A DNA stretch of 32,000 bases from Candidatus Methanoperedens sp. (GTDB taxonomy: Archaea > Halobacteriota > Methanosarcinia > Methanosarcinales > Methanoperedenaceae). Location: contig JAPZAR010000030.1 in NCBI GenBank assembly GCA_027460535.1, positions 8,582 through 40,581 of the forward strand. The letters run 5' to 3'. Each line of letters begins with the position of its first letter. The stretch's first letter is position 1. This document shows positions 1 to 8,978 of this stretch, in pieces. A program made the position numbers and the translations under genes. A model generated the notes under the pieces. The model made no database searches. It had not been told where the DNA came from and saw only the letters and a program-made list of their open reading frames with translations.

Positions 1-447
1 GTTGGGATCAACGGCAGGGTTCCAGGCCGAGATTGTCCCGTCTTCCGTTACAAAGATGAACCGTGCCGGATTACCGGGCGTAACGTTGAATTCAGGAAGG
101 CCATTGAAAACGATTCCCGTTGGGGTAGAAGGGCTGCTCCCACCCGGAGGCGGAGGTATCGTAACGATCAGTGAGGAAGGTACACCTGTTCCATTATACA
201 GAGTTGAAACTCCCATACCGTTATCTGCTACCCACCATGGCGTCGTTGGGCCGTGCACAATGCCCCAGGAGTTCACGAGATTTGGATCGGTAATTTGTGC
301 CATTCCAGGGACATCAGAAACAAGATTTGTCTGCTGATACTGCTTCCCTGCCATGGCAGGAGAGGCACTCACGACAGCTCCTAATGCTAGAAACGCCAGT
401 ATTGCAAACATTGGCCATGCTAGCCTTTTTTCAATGGTTCCAGTCAT
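1..447 (-). CDS. Secreted protein, N-terminal part (gene runs off the left edge); resembles the TIGR03118-type beta-propeller family
   Basis: Absent from the ORF track because its stop lies outside the window. Reverse-strand ATG at 447-445 is open in frame to position 1. It gives MTGTIEKRLAWPMFAILAFLALGAVVSASPAMA/GKQYQQTNLVSDVPGMAQITDPNLVNSWGIVHGPTTPWWVADNGMGVSTLYNGTG..., which has a signal-peptide n-region, h-region and A-x-A cleavage motif. The NLVSD...DPNLVN.WG / WV.DNG.G.STLY pattern matches my memory of TIGR03118 proteins; this is not a search result. Confidence 0.6.
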   Translation of the reverse strand, partial: MTGTIEKRLAWPMFAILAFLALGAVVSASPAMAGKQYQQTNLVSDVPGMAQITDPNLVNSWGIVHGPTTPWWVADNGMGVSTLYNGTGVPSSLIVTIPPPPGGSSPSTPTGIVFNGLPEFNVTPGNPARFIFVTEDGTISAWNPAVDPN

Positions 448-710
448 CTCTTTTTCCTTTGATATCCTGACCGGATAGAATTTCATTTCATCGATTTTGT
501 CATTACTAACCATATTCTCACCACAGGAACATTAATTCTGAATATTGATAAACTTAATCCTCGAAGGTAACATGAGTAATTTTATCTAAAATTCTGCATT
601 CTTTTTCTTTAATAACTCAGATTTTTGGATCATTAATTTTCATTTTTTTAACCGGAACCAGCATAAGTAACTATATACTATATTATTCAAAATAAAGTCC
701 GGAGATATCA

Positions 711-3476
711 TTGGAAGACGTTACCGTTAAAATCAAGGGCATGATGTGCGGCCACTGTGAAAAAACAGTTACTGAAGCTGCAATGAGTGTTAAAGGAGTG
801 ACGAAAGCCCGGGCAGATCATAAAAAAGGCGAAGTAAGAGTTTCCTATGACACAAAAGTCACGGACCTTGAAGTAATACATAGCGCTATCAGAGCATCGG
901 GTTATGAGGTAATAGATGAAGAAGAAGCCTGCCCGCTCCCCGCCAGGCAGCCTGTGATACAGTCTGAAGCTGAAGAGAAACCAAAGGGGGAGGGAGGCTT
1001 TAGAAAAAGCTCCATCAAGATCACAGGGATGACATGCGCTTCCTGTGCCCAGAACATCGAGAAGGCGCTTAATAAGATAGAAGGAGTGGTAAATGCATCT
1101 GTTAATTTCTCATTCGAGAAAGCCGGAATCGAGTACGATTCATCAAAGGTGAACCCAGCAGTTTTCGAGAACACCATAACCTCACTGGGATATGGAGTTG
1201 CCAAAAGCGATATAACACTGAAAGTCGGTGGGATGCACTGCGCCTCCTGTGCTATCAATATCGAGAACGCGCTTAAGAAAACAAACGGGGTGGTTTCCGC
1301 GAATGTGAGTTTCCCGCTTGAACGGGCAAAGATTTCATATGACCAGGAACTCATCTCTGTTTCAGATATTAAAAAAGTAATCGAGAGTGTGGGTTATTCG
1401 GCTTCTGAGAAATTGGAGAGGTCAGATGCGGACAGGGAGCAGAGGGCGCGCGAAGAGGACATAAAGCGGCAGAGAACTAATTTTATCATAGCACTCCTGC
1501 TTGCAGTCCCTATCTCACTGGGCGACATGGGGCGCAATCTCGGATGGACTTTTGTGCCTGACATCCTGAAAAATGATTATGTGCTTTTCATCCTTGCAAC
1601 TATGGTGATGATGTTCCCCGGGCGGCAGTTCTTCGAAGGGACGTATAAAGGATTGAGACACGGCATGACGGATATGAACCTCCTGATCGCCACAGGAACA
1701 GGAGCCGCTTATGCCATCAGCGTTGCCGCCACTTTCCTTGATCTTGGCGCGGCTTATAAGCACACCTACTACGACACAGCAGCACTGCTTATTATGTTCA
1801 TCGTGCTCGGTCGTTATCTTGAGGCGCTCACAAAGGGAAAGACCTCGGAAGCTATCAGGAAGCTCATGGGGCTTGCGGCAAAAACAGCGCGCATAATCGT
1901 GAACGGGGAAGAGAAGGATATCCCTGTTGAGGACGTCAAGGTCAATGATATCGTGGTCGTCCGTCCAGGCGAGAAAATACCAGTGGACGGCAAGGTAGTC
2001 GAAGGTCTTTCAGCCGTCGATGAATCCATGATCACGGGAGAGAGCATACCGGTTGAGAAACCCGTGGGTTCGGAAGTAATAGGCGCCACAATGAACAAGA
2101 CCGGCATGATAAAGTTCAAAGCCACTAAAGTTGGTTCGGACACCGCTCTTGCCCAGATAATCAAGCTGGTCGAGGATGCACAGACACAAAAGGCGCCCAT
2201 CCAGAAGCTAGCAGACATAGTTGCAGGACATTTTATACTTGCAGTACACGTTATAGCTCTCGTTGTCTTTTTCTTCTGGTTCTTCATAGGATTTGAGCGC
2301 TTCAATGTGCTGTCCACATCTCTGGCAATGAACATGGGGCCCACTTCCCCGCTTCTTTTCTCGCTGTTAATATCAATAACGGTGCTCATCATATCCTGTC
2401 CGTGCGCGGTAGGACTCGCTACACCCATTGCGATCATGGTGGGCACAGGTAAAGGGGCTGAGAATGGCATACTCATTAAGGGCGGCGAGGTGCTTGAAAA
2501 GGCGCAGAAGCTGGATACCATTGTGTTCGATAAGACAGGCACGTTGACAAAAGGCGAGCCTGCGCTGACGGATGTGATAGCCATCAAAGGCGATGAGAAT
2601 GAAGTCCTGAAGCTTGCAGCAATAGCTGAGAAGGGGTCTGAACATCCGCTCGGAGAGGCCATACTTAAAGGTGCGAAGGCGCGCGGAATAGACGTGCCGG
2701 ATGCAAATGGGTTCAGGGCGATCCCCGGCCGGGGTGTCGAGGCGAGATACGGCGGTAAAAGGATACTAATCGGGACCCGGAAGCTGATGGTAGAGAACGA
2801 CATGGATACCGCTCACTTCGCCGGCAAGCTGGAAGAACTCGAACACAACGGCAAGACGGCCGTGCTTGTGGCGCAAGATAATGAGATTGCCGGAATAATA
2901 GCAGTTGCAGACACCCTGAAAGAGAATTCTGCGGACGCTGTGCATGAACTGCATGAGATGGGTTTTTCTGTGGCCATGATAACAGGCGATAACAGGAGGA
3001 CAGCCGATGCTATCGCAAAACAGGTGGGCATCGATAAAGTATTATCAGAAGTCCTTCCTGAGGATAAGGCAGCGGAAATAAAGAAACTGCAGGCAGAGGG
3101 CAGGAACGTGGCGATGGTGGGCGACGGTATCAACGATGCACCCGCACTTACGCAATCGGACGTTGGCATAGCCATTGGAAGCGGCACCGATGTTGCCATC
3201 GAATCAGCCCAGATCGTGCTGATAAAGAACGACGTGCGCGATGTGGCAAAAGCCATACGCCTTAGCAGACTCACGCTGAATAAGATAAAGCAGAACCTCT
3301 TCTGGGCATTCTTCTATAACTCGGTGGGGATACCCATTGCTGCCGGTATCCTGTATCCATTCACGAACCCGCCGTTCCTGCTCAATCCGGCAATTGCGGC
3401 AGCAGCCATGGCCGCCAGCTCTGTCACCGTGACGATTAATACCCTTCGCATGAAACGGATCAGGTTAAAGGAGTGA
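711..3476 (+). CDS. copA: Copper-translocating P1B-type ATPase with three N-terminal heavy-metal-associated domains
   Basis: 921-aa ORF with a TTG start 7 nt after GGAG. Three HMA motifs (GMMCGHC, GMTCASC, GMHCASC). Transmembrane CPC motif ([11 protein letters not shown]), phosphorylation site DKTGTLT, hinge motif GDGINDAP, and TGES in the actuator domain. Confidence 0.95.
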   Translation: MEDVTVKIKGMMCGHCEKTVTEAAMSVKGVTKARADHKKGEVRVSYDTKVTDLEVIHSAIRASGYEVIDEEEACPLPARQPVIQSEAEEKPKGEGGFRKSSIKITGMTCASCAQNIEKALNKIEGVVNASVNFSFEKAGIEYDSSKVNPAVFENTITSLGYGVAKSDITLKVGGMHCASCAINIENALKKTNGVVSANVSFPLERAKISYDQELISVSDIKKVIESVGYSASEKLERSDADREQRAREEDIKRQRTNFIIALLLAVPISLGDMGRNLGWTFVPDILKNDYVLFILATMVMMFPGRQFFEGTYKGLRHGMTDMNLLIATGTGAAYAISVAATFLDLGAAYKHTYYDTAALLIMFIVLGRYLEALTKGKTSEAIRKLMGLAAKTARIIVNGEEKDIPVEDVKVNDIVVVRPGEKIPVDGKVVEGLSAVDESMITGESIPVEKPVGSEVIGATMNKTGMIKFKATKVGSDTALAQIIKLVEDAQTQKAPIQKLADIVAGHFILAVHVIALVVFFFWFFIGFERFNVLSTSLAMNMGPTSPLLFSLLISITVLIISCPCAVGLATPIAIMVGTGKGAENGILIKGGEVLEKAQKLDTIVFDKTGTLTKGEPALTDVIAIKGDENEVLKLAAIAEKGSEHPLGEAILKGAKARGIDVPDANGFRAIPGRGVEARYGGKRILIGTRKLMVENDMDTAHFAGKLEELEHNGKTAVLVAQDNEIAGIIAVADTLKENSADAVHELHEMGFSVAMITGDNRRTADAIAKQVGIDKVLSEVLPEDKAAEIKKLQAEGRNVAMVGDGINDAPALTQSDVGIAIGSGTDVAIESAQIVLIKNDVRDVAKAIRLSRLTLNKIKQNLFWAFFYNSVGIPIAAGILYPFTNPPFLLNPAIAAAAMAASSVTVTINTLRMKRIRLKE

Positions 3477-3480
3477 AAAA

Positions 3481-3702
3481 ATGGATAAAAAGCTCGGGTA
3501 TTACAGCGTGCTTGCAAGCCTTGTTACCTCAATAATAGTTGTGCTCCTGTTCTTTGGTCTTTCCTTGACGAAGATCAGCACCAGTCCCAATGTGTACACA
3601 AGAGTTGATGTGTATGCGGGAATGGTGTATGTATTCATTCTTTCCATGATCGTGTCGGCATCGATATGGCCCGGAATTATCGAGAAAAAATTAATGAAAT
3701 GA
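3481..3702 (+). CDS. Small two-helix membrane protein downstream of copA
   Basis: 73-aa ORF starting 5 nt after the copA stop, with AAGGAG just upstream. Two hydrophobic stretches (VLASLVTSIIVVLLFFGLSL and VYAGMVYVFILSMIVSASIW). No family recognised. Confidence 0.45.
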   Translation: MDKKLGYYSVLASLVTSIIVVLLFFGLSLTKISTSPNVYTRVDVYAGMVYVFILSMIVSASIWPGIIEKKLMK

Positions 3703-3721
3703 TTGCGAAAGGCTGCATATC

Positions 3722-4492
3722 CTATCCGTATTTTACAACTTCTGCGACCAGGATGACAGTGTCATATGCAAACCCAAGCTTCCCGTCTTTGAGGTTTACT
3801 CCGAGACCTGTGGCATCATCTATCGCGCTCTGCCTCATTAAATCCTCAATAAGGTTTGTTTTTGTTTCATCAGTCCCTGCCCTTCTGATCCACTCATCGA
3901 AATCCTGAGGTATATCCCAGTGTGTCAGATCGATGATATCCGCTCCGATATCATTGAACATATTTTTCATTTCGCTCAAAGGATATATCCGGACATGGGA
4001 TGGGTCGCGCATCTTTTCGATCCTGTTGTGAAACTGGCTTTTCCCTGGGTTTTCAGATGAAACGCCATCTACAAGCACGATTCGTCCTTTGGTTACGCGT
4101 TTCATTTCGGAAAGAGCTTTCTTTGGGTCGGGAAAATGATGGAATGCAAATCTGCATGATACGATATCGAATGACCTGTCGGGAAAAGGCAGAGATTCAA
4201 CGTCAGAAAGAAGAAATCCGGTATTCTCAAGTCCATAAATTTCTTGCTTTTCAAGGGCAAAGAGCAGCATATTGCGCGTAAGATCACAGCCTATCGCAGT
4301 GTTCGCTATTTTGGCATACTCAAACGCCAGGAATCCTGAGCCTGTAGCGATGTCGAGAACTATGTGGTTCTTCTTTACCCCGCTTCTTTTGACCACCTCG
4401 GAGAGATGAACCCCGTCCACAAAAATGTTCCCTTTTGAATATGCTTCGGCTCTCTTCCCGAACTGTTTTATCGCGTTTTCTTTAACTCCCAT
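3722..4492 (-). CDS. Class I SAM-dependent methyltransferase (UbiE/Methyltransf_11-like)
   Basis: 256-aa ORF. SAM-binding motif I VLDIATGSGFLA, then acidic CDLT and the post-I/II pattern LPFPDRSFDIVSCRFAFHHF typical of this fold. Confidence 0.85.
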   Translation of the reverse strand: MGVKENAIKQFGKRAEAYSKGNIFVDGVHLSEVVKRSGVKKNHIVLDIATGSGFLAFEYAKIANTAIGCDLTRNMLLFALEKQEIYGLENTGFLLSDVESLPFPDRSFDIVSCRFAFHHFPDPKKALSEMKRVTKGRIVLVDGVSSENPGKSQFHNRIEKMRDPSHVRIYPLSEMKNMFNDIGADIIDLTHWDIPQDFDEWIRRAGTDETKTNLIEDLMRQSAIDDATGLGVNLKDGKLGFAYDTVILVAEVVKYG

Positions 4493-4578
4493 TGCAGCCG
4501 GTGGAATACCCTGCGGAGATATATAATTTATGTTACTGGCGCGTTGGAAAATCCCGCCATGCCCGGGGGGCGACCGGG

Positions 4579-5829
4579 ATGGATAATAATAATATAATGA
4601 AAGGATATAATAAGCTTACAATGGACATCATAATAACTATACTCATAATTATAGTGTTAGCAAAGATATTCAGTGGGATCTTTGCGCACTTCAACCAGCC
4701 TGTTATCATCGGAGAGGTGGTCGCAGGGATTGCACTTGGTCCATCTATCCTCAATCTCGTAAGTCCGCAGGCAAACGGGTTGGATGCCCTGGCAGACCTC
4801 GGGGTTTTCTTTCTCGTATTGTTCGCAGGAATGCAGATGTCCCTGGCGAGCATGAAGGAGTATTATCGCCCCGCCTTTTTTGTTGCTTTTATGGGGAATA
4901 ATCTGGCCATTATTTCTGGTTTTGCTGTGGGGAAAATCTATAATATGGATTTTATAGGTTCGTTATTCATCGGCATCGTATTCTCTCTTACTGCTCTGCC
5001 CATTGGTGTAAAGATATTGATGGATCTTGGGAAATTGGATTCGCCCACAGGGAAAATCATCGTGGCTTCAGCAATACTCGATGATATTTTCAGTATTTTC
5101 CTATTTGTTCTTGTCCTATTCATTGTGGAAAGTGGTATCAAGAATCTGGAAATTGGTTTTATATTCACAACGCTAATAAAAATAATACTATTCTTATCAG
5201 TGGTCTATATTTTAAATAGATTCCTGACCATGAAAAGTGGAGATCAGGTACCGTATATCATCAGGTCCCTGGGCAAATTAACCAAGGAATCGCAATTTTT
5301 TTATATCCTCGTCTTCGGTATCTTTATTGGATACCTTGGAGGAATGCTGGGAATTACTTTCATCATTGGAATCTTTTATGCAGGAACTCTTATAAAAGGT
5401 TCAACGATCGGTGAGAAAGCGTATAGGCATGCTCACGATGTCATATCCTCCGTTACGTTCGGGATATTTTCACCAATTTTCTTTGCGTACATGGGATTGC
5501 TGATGAACGTGAAATCGGTTTTTGACTACACCAATCCATTCACATCTCAAAATCTCTACCAGTTATTCTTTTTCATGAATTCATTATTATTTGCGATGGT
5601 AGGGAAAAGCGGCGGGGCATTCATCGGTGGTCTGCTCGCCAATATGAAGATCAGGGACGCCGCTGCGGTAGGTATTGGAATGAACGCCCGGGGACTGATG
5701 GGGCTTGTGATTCTGGAAATCGGACTCAAAAACGGGCTTGTAAGCCAGAGTGTTTATGCCATGCTTGTGGCGATGTGCCTGATCACCACTTTTATGACTC
5801 CCAGCCTTCTTAGAAAGATCATTAAATGA
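4579..5829 (+). CDS. Cation:proton antiporter (Na+/H+ exchanger, CPA family)
   Basis: Polytopic membrane ORF. The N-terminus ...IIVLAKIFSGIFAHFNQPVIIGEVVAGIALGPSILNLV is the typical first TM segment of Kef/NapA-type exchangers. The track start at 4492 (TTG) overlaps the divergent methyltransferase start. In-frame ATGs at 4579, 4597 and 4621 are more plausible, so the exact start is uncertain. Confidence 0.85.
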   Translation: MDNNNIMKGYNKLTMDIIITILIIIVLAKIFSGIFAHFNQPVIIGEVVAGIALGPSILNLVSPQANGLDALADLGVFFLVLFAGMQMSLASMKEYYRPAFFVAFMGNNLAIISGFAVGKIYNMDFIGSLFIGIVFSLTALPIGVKILMDLGKLDSPTGKIIVASAILDDIFSIFLFVLVLFIVESGIKNLEIGFIFTTLIKIILFLSVVYILNRFLTMKSGDQVPYIIRSLGKLTKESQFFYILVFGIFIGYLGGMLGITFIIGIFYAGTLIKGSTIGEKAYRHAHDVISSVTFGIFSPIFFAYMGLLMNVKSVFDYTNPFTSQNLYQLFFFMNSLLFAMVGKSGGAFIGGLLANMKIRDAAAVGIGMNARGLMGLVILEIGLKNGLVSQSVYAMLVAMCLITTFMTPSLLRKIIK

Positions 5830-5938
5830 ATGAAAACTTGACAGATAATCCGTAACCCAATTCAGATTTTATTCACCGAGAAAATCTATATAGTGCGAAA
5901 CAGGATTAAGTACAATTCAATTACCAAGTGAATTCAGT

Positions 5939-7141
5939 ATGAACTTTGAAGAAGTCATCGCTCTTAGGAAAGCCTTTAAGTCGGTGAAAGAAAGGCAGGC
6001 ACAGAATGTGCCCAGAGACTTTAAGGGGAGGAAAAAGAGGCTCAAAGCTGACAGGGAGTTCTGCGTCGGGAATGAAGAGCTTCTTGCGAGGACTATCGAC
6101 AAGCTCAGGAAAAACGGCATAACAGTTCATTATGTAAAGGAAAAAAATGAGGCTATAAACGTAATCCTCGATGAGATAGGAAAGGAAAAACTCGTTGTAA
6201 AGTCCAAATCCAATGTCACCAAAGAAATAGAATTGACCAAAGCTCTTGAGAAAAAAGGATTGACCGTGGTTGAGACCGATATCGGAGATCGGATCTTGCA
6301 GCTGCTACATGCGAAACCTTCCCATCCTACGGGCCCTGTAACTCACCTTTCGGCTAAAGAAATAGCACATGGACTTTCAAAACACTATGGTACGTCTATA
6401 AAGGAAACTCCGGAAGACATTGTGAGAATAGTCAGGGAGGATGTGATCCTGAACATCGGGAAGGCAAAGATCGGCATCACCGGGGCCAATGCCATAACAG
6501 CCGAGGAAGGGTCCATCGTGCTGACCCATAATGAGGGGAATATCTACGAGGTCATGAGAAAAGAAAAGCATATAGTTGTGACCTCGATAGATAAGATATA
6601 TCCCGATATCGAATCGGCGATGAACATGCTGAAAATTTTATGCTACAATGCCACGGGTTCGACCATCCCTTCTTTCGTTGAGGTGATAAGCGGGGTCAGC
6701 AAGACCGCGGATGTGGAGAAGAAATTCATAAAAGGCGTTCATTATCCTTCTGAGGTCGTCGTGGTGCTGCTGGATAATAAAAGGAGCGAGCTTGCGGCGA
6801 AAGGGTTCAAGGAACTTCTCCAGTGCGTGGGATGCGGGAATTGCCTGCTCTGCTGCCCGATGTATAATACTGTTGGCAATGAATTCGCTCTGGATAATTA
6901 CCTCGGAGGGAAAGGGATCGCATATTATTCCCTCTGCAATAACGAAAAGAACGAGAAGCTGGAACTCTGTCTCACATGCGGTAAGTGCAAAGATAATTGC
7001 CCTGTAGAACTTGATATTCCAGCTCTGATAAAAAAGATCAGAAGTGAGGGAATTTCTTCAGAGATATATTATTTTTTGAAATCGCATGCGATGTGGGTAT
7101 ATTACCAGACCTGTCTTAGATTAGGGATGGAAAGCAAGTAG
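5939..7141 (+). CDS. LUD-domain (LutB/DUF162-like) protein with C-terminal 2x[4Fe-4S] ferredoxin motifs
   Basis: 400-aa ORF with two Cys clusters, CVGCGNCLLCCP and CLTCGKCKDNCP. The preceding region (ITGANAITAEEGSIVLTHNEGN) resembles the LUD/lactate-utilisation fold. Confidence 0.75.
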   Translation: MNFEEVIALRKAFKSVKERQAQNVPRDFKGRKKRLKADREFCVGNEELLARTIDKLRKNGITVHYVKEKNEAINVILDEIGKEKLVVKSKSNVTKEIELTKALEKKGLTVVETDIGDRILQLLHAKPSHPTGPVTHLSAKEIAHGLSKHYGTSIKETPEDIVRIVREDVILNIGKAKIGITGANAITAEEGSIVLTHNEGNIYEVMRKEKHIVVTSIDKIYPDIESAMNMLKILCYNATGSTIPSFVEVISGVSKTADVEKKFIKGVHYPSEVVVVLLDNKRSELAAKGFKELLQCVGCGNCLLCCPMYNTVGNEFALDNYLGGKGIAYYSLCNNEKNEKLELCLTCGKCKDNCPVELDIPALIKKIRSEGISSEIYYFLKSHAMWVYYQTCLRLGMESK

Positions 7142-7143
7142 CA

Positions 7144-7165
7144 TGCACCGATCGAGATTTGAACC
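7144..7165 (-). repeat. Orphan fragment of the tRNA-Gly 3' end (T-loop plus 3' acceptor strand); att-like direct repeat
   Basis: Matches the tRNA-Gly 3' end at 21638-21659 at 21 of 22 positions. The upstream sequence cannot form the T-stem or the rest of a cloverleaf, so this is a fragment rather than a gene. Confidence 0.65.
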
Positions 7166-7250
7166 GCCGCCCCCGACACTCGACCCCCCGCGCAGCCGTT
7201 GCGGACTCTGCGCACTTTGCGGTGAAGCCTCCTGATTCTTGCACGGAGCC
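7166..7250 (+). repeat. GC-rich dispersed repeat, copy A (degenerate)
   Basis: Core gcagccgttgcggactctgcgcactttgcggtgaagcctcctgattcttgca (7192-7243) aligns with the cores at 14305-14365, 14644-14703 and 15705-15746. Confidence 0.8.
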
Positions 7251-7447
7251 ACACCTCCCACCAAAAATCAAGCTCCGCAGATCACCCCGCTCTCCAGCAT
7301 GGCGCCGCTCTGAATCCTGCGCTCCTGTTCGCATATTCATGGTGTTTTTGAAGCCCTCAGCATGTAACAAGGCATATCATCTCGTAAATATACTAAATAA
7401 CCTGAATAAGCAGAGAAATAAAAGAGCGGACGAAGGTTGCGGTTATC

Positions 7448-7639
7448 ATGAAAGACAGGACTCATACCGAGCATATCGAGCGATGGGCCAAATTTATAAA
7501 AACACATCCTCGCTCAATCTGGATCAGGGAGGTTGGACCTCTGATAGACGCGCAGATAATCATGGCAAATACTTTCTATGAGCGCCTCGCTAAAGTTGAA
7601 GGTGGAATTGAGAAAATAAGAAAACTAAGGAGAATCTAA
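7448..7639 (+). CDS. Hypothetical 63-aa protein co-transcribed with cas6
   Basis: ATG ORF whose TAA stop (7637-7639) directly abuts the cas6 TTG start (7640). Its 3' end contains the cas6 Shine-Dalgarno AAGGAG (7627-7632). Helical, basic sequence; no family recognised. Confidence 0.45.
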   Translation: MKDRTHTEHIERWAKFIKTHPRSIWIREVGPLIDAQIIMANTFYERLAKVEGGIEKIRKLRRI

Positions 7640-8407
7640 TTGAGAAGTAAAATAACAGTCAGAAACATCTCAAACCTTCCTGTTAATTTCGATTATCAGT
7701 ATGGTCTGGCATCAATGCTCTATTTCAAACTTGCCGGCGCGGATGTCAAGCTGGCTAACGAAACTCATGCTCATCAGGGATTCAAGTTCTATACATTCTC
7801 CAATCTTGTGTTGATGAATAGAAAAACCTGTAAATCAGGTCTTTGTTTTGAGAGGGCATATTTTATCCTGTCCTCACCTGATGACAGATTCATCAAGAGT
7901 TTTACCGAAGGTCTTCTCCAACACTCAGAATTCTATTTAGATGGACCAGACGGCAGAGCAAATTTCGTAATTGAGCGCATCGAAATACTGAAAGAACCAT
8001 CTTTAGGCGACGAGTGCTGGTTCAAGACCGTATCTCCAATCTATGTCAAGACCATGCGTAAAGAGAATGAAAGTTTGAAAGAGGTCGATCTCTATCCTAC
8101 TGAGCCGAAGTTCTACGAGAACCTCCACAAGAACCTGACAGAACGCTTCACTGAATTTTATGGCAAAGCACCCCTTGATCATTTCGATGTAATTGAAACT
8201 GAGGGCATCAAGCCAAAGCGCATCAAAATATCAGAAGGCTATAGGCGATGCAATCTCATGAGTCTGCGAATCCAGGCAAGTCCTGAGCTTTTGAAGTTCG
8301 CTTACGATGCAGGGCTTGGGGAGAAGAATGCGATGGGGTTCGGATGTGTGGATGTTGTGGATCAGGGTCAACATATGAAAAATTTAACCGCAGATAAACG
8401 CAGATGA
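7640..8407 (+). CDS. cas6: Cas6 CRISPR repeat endoribonuclease
   Basis: 255-aa RAMP-like ORF. N-terminus MRSKITVRNISNLPVNFDYQYGLASMLYFKL and the C-terminal glycine-rich loop GLGEKNAMGFGCV are Cas6 hallmarks. TTG start lies 7 nt after AAGGAG. Position at the head of a I-B locus supports the call. Confidence 0.85.
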   Translation: MRSKITVRNISNLPVNFDYQYGLASMLYFKLAGADVKLANETHAHQGFKFYTFSNLVLMNRKTCKSGLCFERAYFILSSPDDRFIKSFTEGLLQHSEFYLDGPDGRANFVIERIEILKEPSLGDECWFKTVSPIYVKTMRKENESLKEVDLYPTEPKFYENLHKNLTERFTEFYGKAPLDHFDVIETEGIKPKRIKISEGYRRCNLMSLRIQASPELLKFAYDAGLGEKNAMGFGCVDVVDQGQHMKNLTADKRR

Positions 8408-8417
8408 ACGCAGATTT
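8388..8417 (-). repeat. Inverted fragment of the GC-rich repeat family overlapping the cas6 stop
   Basis: ccgcagataaacgcagatgaacgcagattt, a 10-nt cagatNaacg motif repeated about 3 times. Its reverse complement aaatctgcgttcatctgcgtttatctgcgg aligns with aaatctgcgttaatctgtgaaatctgcgg at 14754-14782. Confidence 0.65.
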
Positions 8418-8503
8418 ATTAATTGGGCTCTACATTCCGATTACCTGCAAGAAAGCCAAACTAAGAGATGTGCGGGAAAATAGTTTCACCCCGCTCCACA
8501 AAG

Positions 8504-8511
8504 TTTTATAA
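8504..8511 (+). promoter_or_regulatory. TATA box for the zinc-ribbon ORF / interference operon (leaderless start)
   Basis: TTTTATAA is centred about 29 nt upstream of the in-frame ATG at 8536. This is the usual archaeal TATA-to-TSS spacing and implies a leaderless or near-leaderless mRNA. Confidence 0.4.
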
Positions 8512-8535
8512 CCTCGCAGTTAATTTAAAGTGTTG

Positions 8536-8976
8536 ATGATGGTGGAGAAAAGAGGTGGAAAAGCAAAGAGCACAAAAATGTTGACAGTAGCATGCTCTAT
8601 CTGCGGCATGGACATGGACTGCCCGGAATCGATGCTGGGGGCGGAGCGGCATTTCTGCGCGCAATGTACTGATCTCATGGCTGAAGGCTATGAGCCTGAG
8701 GAACTGAAGATGAGCCCTGAGGATATAGCGCAGCATTTGCCCGGATGCGATGAGGTATCAATGCTGTTGATGGATCTTACCTTCGATGGCTACTGGAATA
8801 AAGTGCTGGAATACGGTATAGAGCATTTTGATAATGAAAGGCTTGCGAAACAGAGCTATCTCCGGGGGGCAACTTCGATGCTGGGGCTTTTGATAAGTGC
8901 GGGGATGCCGCCGGAGTTTCTGGATGAACTGGCGGAGGGGATAAGGGGGGAGAGGAGGATGGGGGAGGGGAAGTGA
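8536..8976 (+). CDS. Zinc-ribbon protein of unknown function, first cistron upstream of cas8b
   Basis: ORF open from 8530 (GTG), with ATGs at 8536 and 8539. CxxC-x18-CxxC motif (CSICGMDMDCPESMLGAERHFCAQC) followed by a helical acidic domain. The TGA stop (8974-8976) overlaps the cas8b GTG (8973) / ATG (8976). GC-rich, unlike the downstream cas genes. Confidence 0.55.
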   Translation: MMVEKRGGKAKSTKMLTVACSICGMDMDCPESMLGAERHFCAQCTDLMAEGYEPEELKMSPEDIAQHLPGCDEVSMLLMDLTFDGYWNKVLEYGIEHFDNERLAKQSYLRGATSMLGLLISAGMPPEFLDELAEGIRGERRMGEGK

Positions 8977-8978
8977 TG
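8926..8978 (-). repeat. Inverted, imperfect copy of the left end of the GC-rich repeat
   Basis: gaactggcggaggggataaggggggagaggaggatgggggaggggaagtgatg aligns colinearly with the reverse complement of 14268-14318 (gaactggcggcgcgggggtgagggaggatggggggcgggggagtggatgtg). The first 10 nt are identical. The gag(g)aggatggggg and agtg(g)atg blocks are conserved, with indels between them. Confidence 0.55.

Noticed and set aside
1814-2803. Long antisense ORFs inside well-supported genes: 329 aa opposite copA, 286 aa (27475-28335) opposite hel308, and 194 aa (25223-25807) opposite thiC.
   Set aside because: The sense strands carry complete canonical motif sets. The antisense products are low-complexity (Ser/Ala/Pro-rich), as expected for the shadow frames of GC-rich genes.
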